64,000 nucleotides of DNA, taken from assembly GCA_965214095.1 (NCBI GenBank), contig OZ243938.1:3008001-3072000 (forward strand). Direction: 5' to 3'. A program made the position numbers and the translations under genes. The notes beneath the pieces are model-generated. The model ran no database searches, was not told the DNA's origin, and saw nothing but the letters and a program-made list of their open reading frames with translations. The DNA comes from Candidatus Poribacteria bacterium. GTDB taxonomy: Bacteria; Poribacteria; WGA-4E; WGA-3G. Shown one piece after another: positions 40,746 through 50,141 of this stretch (position 1 is its first letter; each line of letters starts with the position of its first letter).

Positions 40746-42848
40746 TTACATTTTCATATCTGCCCAACGGATCGTCAGTTTTCCACTTGCTGAGATTAAC
40801 CCTCTTAACCGTACCGTTGCTAACTGCTCGCGTTTCCCTGCGTGTGAGACATCCTCTATTCGGTAATAGTAGACGGTATTCGGTTTAGCGGTGGTATCTG
40901 TCCACGTATATTCGTTGCGTTCAGCTGTGGTACCGGCACCTTGTATCATTGTTGGATTGACGACATTAAATTCGCCATCCTTTGTTTCACTGCGATATAT
41001 GTAAAATCCTGCGTTGTCCACCTCTGATTCTGTTGTCCATTTGATAACAACGCCTGTATTGGTGTGTTCTGCGCGGAAACTGGACAAAGTAACAGGTAAA
41101 GGCTCATCATAGTTTTTGAGGTATATCTTGACATCTGGATTCTTTCGTAAGAGTTCAAGGAGTGGTTCTCTGTTCTTGATAGGATTTCCGATGAGCCCCA
41201 ATTCTCTAATGTTTATGAGTTCAGCGAATGGTTTAACATCACTAATCTGATTGTCATCGAAAAATACTCGTAGTAACGATGATAAATGCTTGATAGGCGT
41301 GATGTCACTGATTTGGTTGTTTGAAATATATAAATAGCGTAAGCTGCTTAACGCTGTGAGCGGTGTTATATCGCTGATTTGGTTGCCCGAAAGACTTAAC
41401 CTCCGTAAATTGGTTAACGCCCCGAGTGGCATGATGTCACTGATTTTCATTCCATCCAAATATAAGGATCTTAATCTTGTCAATTGTGTCAACACTGAAA
41501 ACAGCATTTCAGTGTTTATTGGATTAAACATGATGGCGAGATCTGTTAATTGTGTTATTTTTCGTAAGGGGGTTATATCACTAATTTGATTACCATCAAG
41601 AAATAAAGCTGTTAATTTTTTCATTCCTATAAGGGAGGGAATATTGCTGATTCGATTGTTGCTAAGGATGACCCGTTTCAATTTTGTTAACTCTGTAAGC
41701 GGTGTCATATCCTTAATTTGATTATGGTTGAGCGTTAATTCTTGTAGGTGCGTTGCATGTTCAAGTCCGGTGAGATCGCTTATATTCAGGTCTTCTTGGA
41801 CATTAAGTTTCGTTAGTTTTAATATATCCAGTTGCGTAATGGGACTATTGGCCCCTAAATTAAGAGTTTCCCGCACCACATTTGCTAAATCTATGTCAGG
41901 GATTAATATGGGTTCAGAATCAGGTAATATAGGGGTAATATCAATATGAAATGGTGAATTTTTAATATTACCTTGAGAATCAATAACACTAAGGGATATA
42001 GTACCACTTTCGATTGCTAACAATTCGGTAGTAACGAATTCAATTGTGACTTGTTCTTGCATTAAAGATTTACAATCAATCAAAGAGTTACTCATTTCTG
42101 ATGGAATGATAAGCTGTGCCTGATGGAGCCCATCGGGGTCGGTTATCTCAAATTGGAGACGGATCGCATATGGGGATGTAACAAAGTCTGGCGTAAGCAT
42201 TTGAATTTTTGTGTTATCGTTGAAAGTTTTGCTGGTAGGATTGAAATACTTATGTGCATCCAACCATTTTGCCGCGCACCATGACAATTCACTTGGGTGT
42301 TCCCCGTAAGTCATTATATAAGATTCGCTTCGCCAATCGTGCCCTAAACCGAAGACGTGTCCGAGTTCGTGACTGAAAAGATATCTGAAATTCTCAGTCA
42401 CAGTAGTGCCATAAGCATTTCCGCCTGAAGCAAACCCGCCAAAATTTAAGCTAGTGTCTATTACAACAATATTTTTGTTTTTTGAACTGTTAAACCTTGT
42501 ATCAAGTTCTATAGGTATGTTTCTGAAGTTTTGATCCTTATAATATGCTTCGTTGAATTCTCCTTTTACATGGTGTATCATAACTTGATCGGATTCATTA
42601 ATCTCCAACATAAAGGTTTTTTCCCCGAACCCGTGGCGTTCCATCTCGTCAGCGTAAAACTGTTGGATATCTTTTATCTGTGTATCCAGTTTTGTGTCTA
42701 TGTCAGGATCAGGTTGACGATCACTCGGAATAAAATAGATCACACCTACAACATATTCAGGTGAGTCATCTTGGGCGGAACTGTCTGGCACAAACGCTAT
42801 GGTTACAATAGTGATTAACGTGAGTGTGAAACATAGTATCGTTTTCAT
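40746..42848 (-). CDS. Secreted metzincin-like metallopeptidase + internalin-type LRR + C-terminal beta-sandwich protein
   Basis: Signal peptide, HELGHVFGLGH with Met-turn (YIMTY), IPD-capped 22-aa LRRs, LPVTLSSF...WTTESEVDNAGF...YYYRI and terminal GKLTIRWADMK. Confidence 0.88.
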   Translation of the reverse strand: MKTILCFTLTLITIVTIAFVPDSSAQDDSPEYVVGVIYFIPSDRQPDPDIDTKLDTQIKDIQQFYADEMERHGFGEKTFMLEINESDQVMIHHVKGEFNEAYYKDQNFRNIPIELDTRFNSSKNKNIVVIDTSLNFGGFASGGNAYGTTVTENFRYLFSHELGHVFGLGHDWRSESYIMTYGEHPSELSWCAAKWLDAHKYFNPTSKTFNDNTKIQMLTPDFVTSPYAIRLQFEITDPDGLHQAQLIIPSEMSNSLIDCKSLMQEQVTIEFVTTELLAIESGTISLSVIDSQGNIKNSPFHIDITPILPDSEPILIPDIDLANVVRETLNLGANSPITQLDILKLTKLNVQEDLNISDLTGLEHATHLQELTLNHNQIKDMTPLTELTKLKRVILSNNRISNIPSLIGMKKLTALFLDGNQISDITPLRKITQLTDLAIMFNPINTEMLFSVLTQLTRLRSLYLDGMKISDIMPLGALTNLRRLSLSGNQISDITPLTALSSLRYLYISNNQISDITPIKHLSSLLRVFFDDNQISDVKPFAELINIRELGLIGNPIKNREPLLELLRKNPDVKIYLKNYDEPLPVTLSSFRAEHTNTGVVIKWTTESEVDNAGFYIYRSETKDGEFNVVNPTMIQGAGTTAERNEYTWTDTTAKPNTVYYYRIEDVSHAGKREQLATVRLRGLISASGKLTIRWADMKM

Positions 42849-42931
42849 GAAATAGTTCCCCTGTTTTTAAAGAGCGGTCCTCTGTTTCCATCTGAATAAA
42901 GCATGGAGGTAACAGTGATAAAAGAAAAAGA

Positions 42932-43051
42932 TTACTTCTGTATCAACATCTTACGCGTAGCCGAAAAATCTCCAGCGGTGAGTGTGTAGAAATACAGGTC
43001 GCTCGCCACCTTTTCACCGAACTCATTTTTCTCATCCCAATATGCAGCACG
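42932..43051 (-). pseudogene. Second orphan C-terminal sorting-domain fragment
   Basis: RAAYWDEKNEFGEKVASDLYFYTLTAGDFSATRKMLIQK*, with an in-frame stop 5 codons upstream and no start. Confidence 0.8.
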
Positions 43052-43225
43052 GTTATAGTTGCTTTACCTGCTTTGCCCGAAGAAAAATAGGAGTCCGATA
43101 CTACTTCTTTTTTAAAGCCAATATTTTGTCCGCTATCACTGGAGAAACGCTAAGACCATTTCAAGGATATACCGCTACACCGTCTATATCCGACAAACTA
43201 AAGCATGGTATTTGACGGAATGGTG

Positions 43226-43936
43226 TTAAAATCCTATGGAAATCGAGAAACCAAATGTTCCACCCTCCAGTCCGACCATCCAATCCTGTCGGAATTCAAT
43301 TCTAGTGCGAAATTTGGTATTATGCGGCATTTCTACTCCAAGTACACCGTATATCCCTGGTCTTGTCGCACTTTCTATACCTTCTTCAAAAATAGTAGCA
43401 CCTTGTATGTAATTGATTGAAAGACCACCACCGATATAGGGTGAGATAAATGTGTTCGGAAAGACACGTCCACCAATTGTTACAGAATTGATTTCAATGG
43501 CGGTAAGAATTAAGGTGACGACTGTTCGCCTAATGTCCACTCCGACACTATAGTTAGGTGTCTCGTAAGACGCACCAGCGTCACTCCCAATACCTACCCC
43601 TCCAGTTGCGATATCACTTTCATAGACAGCTCCATAAAAGCCTATGTGGGCTCGCAATGACAGTTTTTGTGACACATCTGCATTTTTCTCTGTAGCATTA
43701 AATGCGGTTTGTCCTTGATAGATTTGTGCCGTTACGAATCTATTTGATAATGTTACATCAACATATCTTTGATCATTGGGCATAGAGATATTTACGTCAC
43801 GATATACACTTGGTGTGGCATTGACATCCACCGATAAGGTAAGTAATATAAACAAGAACACAGGTACCGTGAGAATTGTGTTATACTTTTTGTCAAATAC
43901 AATTTGCATCTCAAAGATTCTCCTTATATCAATCAA
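43226..43936 (-). CDS. Putative small outer-membrane beta-barrel protein
   Basis: Signal-like N-terminus (start may be 43909), PYIGGGLS motif, alternating strands, terminal FSISIGF. Confidence 0.6.
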   Translation of the reverse strand: MIDIRRIFEMQIVFDKKYNTILTVPVFLFILLTLSVDVNATPSVYRDVNISMPNDQRYVDVTLSNRFVTAQIYQGQTAFNATEKNADVSQKLSLRAHIGFYGAVYESDIATGGVGIGSDAGASYETPNYSVGVDIRRTVVTLILTAIEINSVTIGGRVFPNTFISPYIGGGLSINYIQGATIFEEGIESATRPGIYGVLGVEMPHNTKFRTRIEFRQDWMVGLEGGTFGFSISIGF

Positions 43937-44005
43937 TAATGTTATACCTTACCAACATTGGATGGGTAGCACTGTTGTCGCAATATTTCCGATGTTGTCA
44001 TGAAA

Positions 44006-44524
44006 TCAGTTCTCTGCGTCAAGATTATACAGTATCCATAGCAGCAAAGTTCCAGCCCCAATACCTGCCCCCACTGATGCTGCTTTGAACCGATTCCTTT
44101 TGGTATTTGTTGCATAGTTGCCTGTATAAATTTGAACATACTCAGGTGTCTTTCCGAGGAGACGAACAGCCGGTGGAGATATCGGATAGTAATAAAGTGG
44201 GATCATTGACATTGAGCTTCCGAACATGAGGCCAATACCACCACCCCAAAAAAAAACACCACAAGTATCACTTATTCCTGAACCAGAGCCGGTGCCAGTT
44301 GCATCTGCTGCGAGTCGCGCTCCACCTAAGCAACCGAGACACGCTAAGAAAGGGGTAGTGAAACCGACACCGGTCCATATTAAGCTATTCACATCAGTAT
44401 TGGCATCAGTCTCAGCATCTCTCTTCGCTTGGATTTCAACAGCATTTTGTTGTGCCAAAATAACAAATGGATGGCTAAAAATGAGTGTCAGTATTAGTAA
44501 TGTAACAAACTGCAATCGGAACAT
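44006..44524 (-). CDS. Hypothetical exported/membrane protein
   Basis: 172-aa ORF with signal peptide and Gly-rich hydrophobic segments. Confidence 0.7.
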   Translation of the reverse strand: MFRLQFVTLLILTLIFSHPFVILAQQNAVEIQAKRDAETDANTDVNSLIWTGVGFTTPFLACLGCLGGARLAADATGTGSGSGISDTCGVFFWGGGIGLMFGSSMSMIPLYYYPISPPAVRLLGKTPEYVQIYTGNYATNTKRNRFKAASVGAGIGAGTLLLWILYNLDAEN

Positions 44525-44651
44525 TTAGTTCACCATAATGATCACCTTTTGAAATCGATTTAATCTCACATTTCCGCTAATGAAGTCAAGATGTTATGAT
44601 TCCTCCATCAACGCAACCTACGAGATATTCGGTGATGTTGGGTTTCGTACC

Positions 44652-44978
44652 TCAACCCAATTTGCTTATCAACATCTTCAGAGTAGCAGTGAAATCACCT
44701 GCTTTGAAAGTGACGAAATAGACACTTGTAGCGCCTTTTTCTCCGATGTCTCTCAGATTAAAAGCAGTAATTGCTGCGAGATGTGTTTCTTTCACTTCGT
44801 CGGCTGTGTTCACACCTGCGGCTGCAATAATAGCATCTCGGACTTCTGCAGTTCGCCCGCTGACAGGTGTAACGTCTGCATAACTTGATATCTGTCTGGT
44901 TAGTATTGTTAATAGTAATAGTAAAATGGATATAGTAGATTTGTGGTTGATGAAAAACGTTAAATTGATAATGTCCAT
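44652..44978 (-). pseudogene. Internally deleted mini-copy of the 4298-aa gene (signal + N-cap fused to last residues of the CTD)
   Basis: FFINHKSTISILL...ETHLAAITAFNLRD joined in frame to IGEKGATSVYFVTFKAGDFTATLKMLI. The original ATG and RBS are deleted and the 3' end runs into a REP-like hairpin. Confidence 0.85.
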
Positions 44979-45293
44979 GAATATGTAGGTAGTGAGTTCA
45001 TTGCATATTGGATCAGACCTTTGAGATCTATAAAATCAACATACACATTATAGGTAATGATAATCCATAATATTTATATAAATATAGAATAATATATTAT
45101 GATTTAACATGGCTTCTATAATATATTAAATCAAATCATTTTGCAAATTAATTTGCATTTTTTTTCGTATAATTTTCATTTTATAAGCATTTTGTGTGGC
45201 TAACTGATCAAGAATTGAACAGTTTTTCAGGACTTACGCCGGGGTTATTTATAGTGGATTTTAAATGATGAACGTTACTAAAAGTTTAAATCG

Positions 45294-45370
45294 TCTGTCG
45301 GGTAGAGCGTTAGCAAAACACTACAAGCATTGAACGTATCGGGTTTCGATAACGTTCTACCAGACCTACA
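45294..45370. repeat. Degenerate REP pair related to 40529-40612
   Basis: GTCGGGTAGAGCG...GTTCTACCAGACCTAC. Confidence 0.55.
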
Positions 45371-45481
45371 GGTTGTTATATTGAAATGTGAAAAATATAG
45401 CAGAAAAACCGAAAACGAAATAGTCCTGCTCACCCTTAGTTATTCTTGAATCAAAAGGGATTTAATGCTAATATATTATTA

Positions 45482-45584
45482 TATAGTAGATTTTGAAATT
45501 ACTTGAACACTCTGCGTCGGCGAGGTTAGGAAACCTCGCCTACCGTGGAACGATAGTGTCAACTTATATTTATAATTCACTATA
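45482..45584 (+). mobile_element. MITE-like family A copy 3
   Basis: Near-identical to 1782-1884. Confidence 0.75.
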
Positions 45585-45614
45585 AATAATCTGATATTGG
45601 TTTTGATATGGCTT

Positions 45615-48600
45615 ATGAATACATTGAAAAATATTATTGAACGGTGCCACCAGCGACACCGAGAACCGCTTCGGCAGCGAAAAACGGTCGTTGAACCTGC
45701 CCCTTACAATGAACTGCCTTATTATTTCACAGTATATTGCGCACACGGATATCCAGTGAATCTCCACGACTTGGAAGAGGCAGATATATCATTCATGCCA
45801 ATAGGTGCTGCCCCTCGCTTCGATCAAGCCCCGATGTATTTTGACGATGAACGGTTCTTGAAACCGCAACGCGCAAGTGATTGGCCACTCAGGCTATGGT
45901 ATTCCTCATGGGGCATCAGTATACTCACTGGTATCCCTTCACAACGTTATGGCACCCGATGGCACGATATCAACTTCAAATATGATGCTATCTGTGCTGC
46001 ACCAGAGGAAGTTTACAACTGTATTGAAACACTTGTTCATGCTGTTGCGAACCCACTATTGACAATGTCAAAGTCCGGTGGATTACGTTTTTCTTGCCGG
46101 ATTAGGGATTACTTACATCCAAATACTGAAGAGGAAAAGTCCTATATTTACAAACACACACCGACCTCAGAAAATTCATACCAAAACATCGTGTACCTTG
46201 ATATCTTGGGCGATAAAGGATGCAACAGATGGGATGCTCGCTACGAAATTCTTCTTGGAAATCTATTAGACCCACCTGTCATTTCAAAAGAAGTCCTTTT
46301 TAATGCTATTGATACACTACGTGATAAGATTCATGAACCTGCACCAACGCAACACCAAAACCCTAAACTTTCCCCGAAATCTGAATCTTTTATTCCTGAT
46401 TCACACAATTTCCATATTTTAGCTCTGGCAGGACAAGCCTTTCTTAAACGTGGTTATGTTTATATTGGACAAGATAACGGCTACTATCAATGGAAACCAT
46501 CTGACGCTGTCGGAGAAAATACTTATGTGTTGCTTTGGAAAAGTGAAGGGACTGTGTGGATACGTGCATCTACACCTGACATCGGACTGCCAACAGAACC
46601 AGTATCAATTACAGACTTATGGGACGATACAGGCATTTTACCGCCACCACCTGCGAACGGTCTACCTGTATCTGATAAAATGCTGGCTGTTCGGGAGGGA
46701 AAATTGAGTCCGTTAGCTATAAAACGCCTACAACCTGTGCTTGACAAGTCTGAGCACACGAAAAAGCAATATAGCAGCTATGACGAGAACACCGTTCAGA
46801 TACAACGAGTGTTTGACCAGACCGCACGCATTGTTGGACTTACTACTGAAACTGGAGCAGGAAAAACCCATACGATAGAAAATTATGTTCTCAACGGTGG
46901 CACAATCAGCTTAAACGCTCCGTTCAAGATAGTAGAAAAAGTAGATAAACACTTTCAAAACCAAAACATTCCATTCAGTCGGTGGAGAGCACGGAAACAC
47001 CGTTGGGATCAGGTGAAAGACATACCGTATGAAGAGCGAATGGCAACTCCTTTTCAATACGGGAATGTTTGTGAGGATTATGAACGGTGCTATACACTTG
47101 AGCAAAGAGGTGGAGAACCTAACGAGATTATCTGTCCTGAATGTCCTATTTATACAGAGTGTCAACAGCGTGGCTATTTATCACAAACCACTGTATTAAA
47201 ACACAATCAAGTACAAATGTCCGGAACACCTCATCAGTTCTTTGATCCAATACACGCTGAAGTGGTGATGGAGATGCTTGAGCAAGATGATAATATGGAT
47301 CGACTTTGTATTATTGATGATGTTGATACAACTGATCTATTCTTCGAATGTCAGATCTCAAAAAATACATTAGAAGAATGGAATGTAAACTGGCGAGGCG
47401 ATGTATTAGGAAACTTTGCACATGCTATACTAAACGCATTAAATACGAAGAACGATCAAAATGATAGTGCTGTTAGACGGATTCATGCTGTAGTGCAAGC
47501 ATTTCAAAAGCACGAAGATATACTTGTCAGGCAGATGTGTGAGGTAAATGTGCGAGGGAGGGTTATTGATCGCGGGATTGTTGATGCTGAAACCGATAAG
47601 GAATTGGCACGTTTCAGCATTGCGTTTCAGGCAGGTGTTACGGCATATATTCCGTTGGACAAAAATGCCGAAGACATACTCAAAACAAAAGGGTTACCGT
47701 TTTTTGCATTAACTGATTTCCAGCTTGATCAAGATATGAATATCCCGATGCAGATGACGCAAGCTATTCAATTAGGTGTCTTGAACACAGAAACCTTGGA
47801 GAACATCCAGCAATTTCCCACTGTTTGCCGATATCCAAACTGGACGTTTTGGCATCAGTTGAAACATTTCTTCGAACATTACATACATGATGCGGCTGCA
47901 CCAATGATATTATATCATAAAACACTACGATTCTGGGTGCCACCTATCCTGCATCCAAGTGTCAATAGGCTGCTGTTAATGTCATCAACCCTATCTGAAC
48001 AACTATTGCATAAGGCATTTCCACATGAAGATGTGGAATTTAACCGAATTGAACCGGCAACTTGGGTACAGGGTAACCAGGTTTTTCAGATTCGGACAGA
48101 CACCTATCCGAGTGAAACATTGTTGGATTTTGATAACAATTGGGGTGTACCCGGAATGTCTAAATTAGGACAGCACATTTTTCTGCGTATCTTGTCAGAA
48201 ATCAAGAGAGACACTAAAGTTAAGCATGCTATTATTTCATACTTTTTAATTGCCAAGCAAATGGCAGATATTGCCAAAGAAGAGAATGTCAGTATCATAA
48301 GGAGTTTTCAAATGTTAGATGGGTTGGAAAACGCTTTTGAAGAAGCACAAGTTGTTTGGATAGTCGGAACGCCGTATTGGAAATCCGGTTACACCTGGCG
48401 GCGTGCCCAGATTTTGTTTGGAAGCGACGAAGTCCCTCTCTCTTATGAGATAGAAACGGAACCATTTCGATATAAAGATGAACGTGTCCAACACGTTTCT
48501 GAACAGCATGTAACCAGTATTCTCTCAAAACTTATTGGTATGGTCGGTTTAAATCGATTTCCGAATAAGAGAGTTATGCTGATCACAAGCTTCTCATTGC

Positions 48601-49016
48601 CCGATATTATCAACAGACCTGAAACCGTCCTGTTTGACTGGGAAGATTTTGAAATTGCTGGAAACTTGGATAAACTCGTTGAGACAATAACTACACGTCA
48701 ACGATATGAACAAGATCGGGACAACCTAACCTTCAACTCCAGTAGAGAAAAAGTGGAGCAAGTTTTGGGATGTTCGAGAAGTAGTGCGAACCGTCTATTA
48801 CGAAAACTTGGAGGCGGCCGTCTCCGACGTGTTCCCTTCCAAGATCAGATCTTCTCGCTTCTTGCCGATGGTGAGAAAAAAACAGCAGACTTGATTGAGG
48901 TCATTCAAGGACACCCTAACTCAGTAAAAAACGAACTGAAACGTCTTTTAGAAACTGGTGAAATTGTGAAGGTGCGAAGAGGTGTATATGCAATTCCAGA
49001 AACTAAGAACAACTGA
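45615..49016 (+). CDS. Large primase-polymerase-like / SF2 helicase-like / HTH fusion protein
   Basis: Prim-pol-like TMSKSGGLRF, Walker A TETGAGKT, Cys cluster (C-x5-C...CPECPIYTEC), Walker B LCIIDD, motif III-like LMSST, C-terminal HTH and winged HTH (GEIVKVRRGVY). ATG 45615 preferred to 45597. Confidence 0.6.
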   Translation: MNTLKNIIERCHQRHREPLRQRKTVVEPAPYNELPYYFTVYCAHGYPVNLHDLEEADISFMPIGAAPRFDQAPMYFDDERFLKPQRASDWPLRLWYSSWGISILTGIPSQRYGTRWHDINFKYDAICAAPEEVYNCIETLVHAVANPLLTMSKSGGLRFSCRIRDYLHPNTEEEKSYIYKHTPTSENSYQNIVYLDILGDKGCNRWDARYEILLGNLLDPPVISKEVLFNAIDTLRDKIHEPAPTQHQNPKLSPKSESFIPDSHNFHILALAGQAFLKRGYVYIGQDNGYYQWKPSDAVGENTYVLLWKSEGTVWIRASTPDIGLPTEPVSITDLWDDTGILPPPPANGLPVSDKMLAVREGKLSPLAIKRLQPVLDKSEHTKKQYSSYDENTVQIQRVFDQTARIVGLTTETGAGKTHTIENYVLNGGTISLNAPFKIVEKVDKHFQNQNIPFSRWRARKHRWDQVKDIPYEERMATPFQYGNVCEDYERCYTLEQRGGEPNEIICPECPIYTECQQRGYLSQTTVLKHNQVQMSGTPHQFFDPIHAEVVMEMLEQDDNMDRLCIIDDVDTTDLFFECQISKNTLEEWNVNWRGDVLGNFAHAILNALNTKNDQNDSAVRRIHAVVQAFQKHEDILVRQMCEVNVRGRVIDRGIVDAETDKELARFSIAFQAGVTAYIPLDKNAEDILKTKGLPFFALTDFQLDQDMNIPMQMTQAIQLGVLNTETLENIQQFPTVCRYPNWTFWHQLKHFFEHYIHDAAAPMILYHKTLRFWVPPILHPSVNRLLLMSSTLSEQLLHKAFPHEDVEFNRIEPATWVQGNQVFQIRTDTYPSETLLDFDNNWGVPGMSKLGQHIFLRILSEIKRDTKVKHAIISYFLIAKQMADIAKEENVSIIRSFQMLDGLENAFEEAQVVWIVGTPYWKSGYTWRRAQILFGSDEVPLSYEIETEPFRYKDERVQHVSEQHVTSILSKLIGMVGLNRFPNKRVMLITSFSLPDIINRPETVLFDWEDFEIAGNLDKLVETITTRQRYEQDRDNLTFNSSREKVEQVLGCSRSSANRLLRKLGGGRLRRVPFQDQIFSLLADGEKKTADLIEVIQGHPNSVKNELKRLLETGEIVKVRRGVYAIPETKNN

Positions 49017-49079
49017 AGGGAATTAACTGACAATCCCAAGCATTATAAGGCAAAAGAAGGTTCCATTAATTTAGAAGGA

Positions 49080-50141
49080 TTACGTTTCTAATAATTGACG
49101 AATTGTACTGACTGCTTGCTGAGTGTCTTGAAGATAGGTGTTAACGGATGGTTGCGTAATTGCAGTAGTTATCTGTTGTGCTAATTCCTCAAGATTACAC
49201 ATGTTTATAATGGATTGTTCTAACATATGCTGATATACAATATATCGCTTCGGTTGCTTTTGATGTCTCTGTGATAGAGATAGTACAATCACATTTCGTC
49301 CACTACTTGCCGCCTCACATACCATCGAAAAACTATCCGCACTAACGATAAGCAGATCGCTTATTGCCAAAATAGCATTATATGGATCGTCAAGTTCTGA
49401 TAGTGTATTTGGCTCAACAAAAAGTGGACACCAGTCTACAGACTCAAATGTTGATTTCAAATATGCTGTGACTTCCGACGGTGTTCTGCGAGATGTTGTC
49501 AGTAATATTTCAGCATTCAATTGTGTTGCTACGAAATGACAGATGTCATATAACTGCATAGCATCTTCAACATTTATTGTTTCGTATCGATCTGTTCCAC
49601 CGAGGAGAATACCAATACGAGGACAATCTTTCAGTTTAAGAGACTCTATAAAGGATGAACGTGTGTTATTTAGTATGTCTACTGAGATTGGATTTGGTAC
49701 GCCAATGGTTTTACAAACATTTCTTCTATTCTTTGCGCTCTTCCATGAAAGCATAGGTAGAATAGCAAGGTCAAAATGTCGGATACCAATAGGGGAGGGT
49801 CTACCACATGTAACCGTTTTAGCATGTAAGATTTTACCAAGAAGTATATTGATTGCTGCAACTGAGGAACCTGTGGATAGAACTACATCGGTATCTTGGA
49901 TTTTGAAAAGCGCATTATAGGAGAATGTATCCAGACTCCACCGAAGAAGAGATCGAATTAACGATGTTGATAGTCCTATGCCACCACATACAGACGTGAA
50001 AATACGGAGGATATTGTCGCGCCACTTATCTCTATATTGTATCTCAAGCCATTCCATCTGGCATTCAGTCATATTTTGCACAATGCCCAATGATTGATTG
50101 TAATGCCCTGGTTTCTTGTCGCTTAAGACTACAACTTTCAT
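49080..50141 (-). CDS. ELM1/GtrOC1-family putative glycosyltransferase-fold protein
   Basis: Motifs LSDKKPGHYNQSLG, TTSRRTP and ADSFSMVCEAASSG. Confidence 0.8.
   Translation of the reverse strand: MKVVVLSDKKPGHYNQSLGIVQNMTECQMEWLEIQYRDKWRDNILRIFTSVCGGIGLSTSLIRSLLRWSLDTFSYNALFKIQDTDVVLSTGSSVAAINILLGKILHAKTVTCGRPSPIGIRHFDLAILPMLSWKSAKNRRNVCKTIGVPNPISVDILNNTRSSFIESLKLKDCPRIGILLGGTDRYETINVEDAMQLYDICHFVATQLNAEILLTTSRRTPSEVTAYLKSTFESVDWCPLFVEPNTLSELDDPYNAILAISDLLIVSADSFSMVCEAASSGRNVIVLSLSQRHQKQPKRYIVYQHMLEQSIINMCNLEELAQQITTAITQPSVNTYLQDTQQAVSTIRQLLET

Noticed and set aside
45482-49016. Prophage or integrated plasmid
   Set aside because: No integrase, att repeats, tRNA or structural genes are visible.
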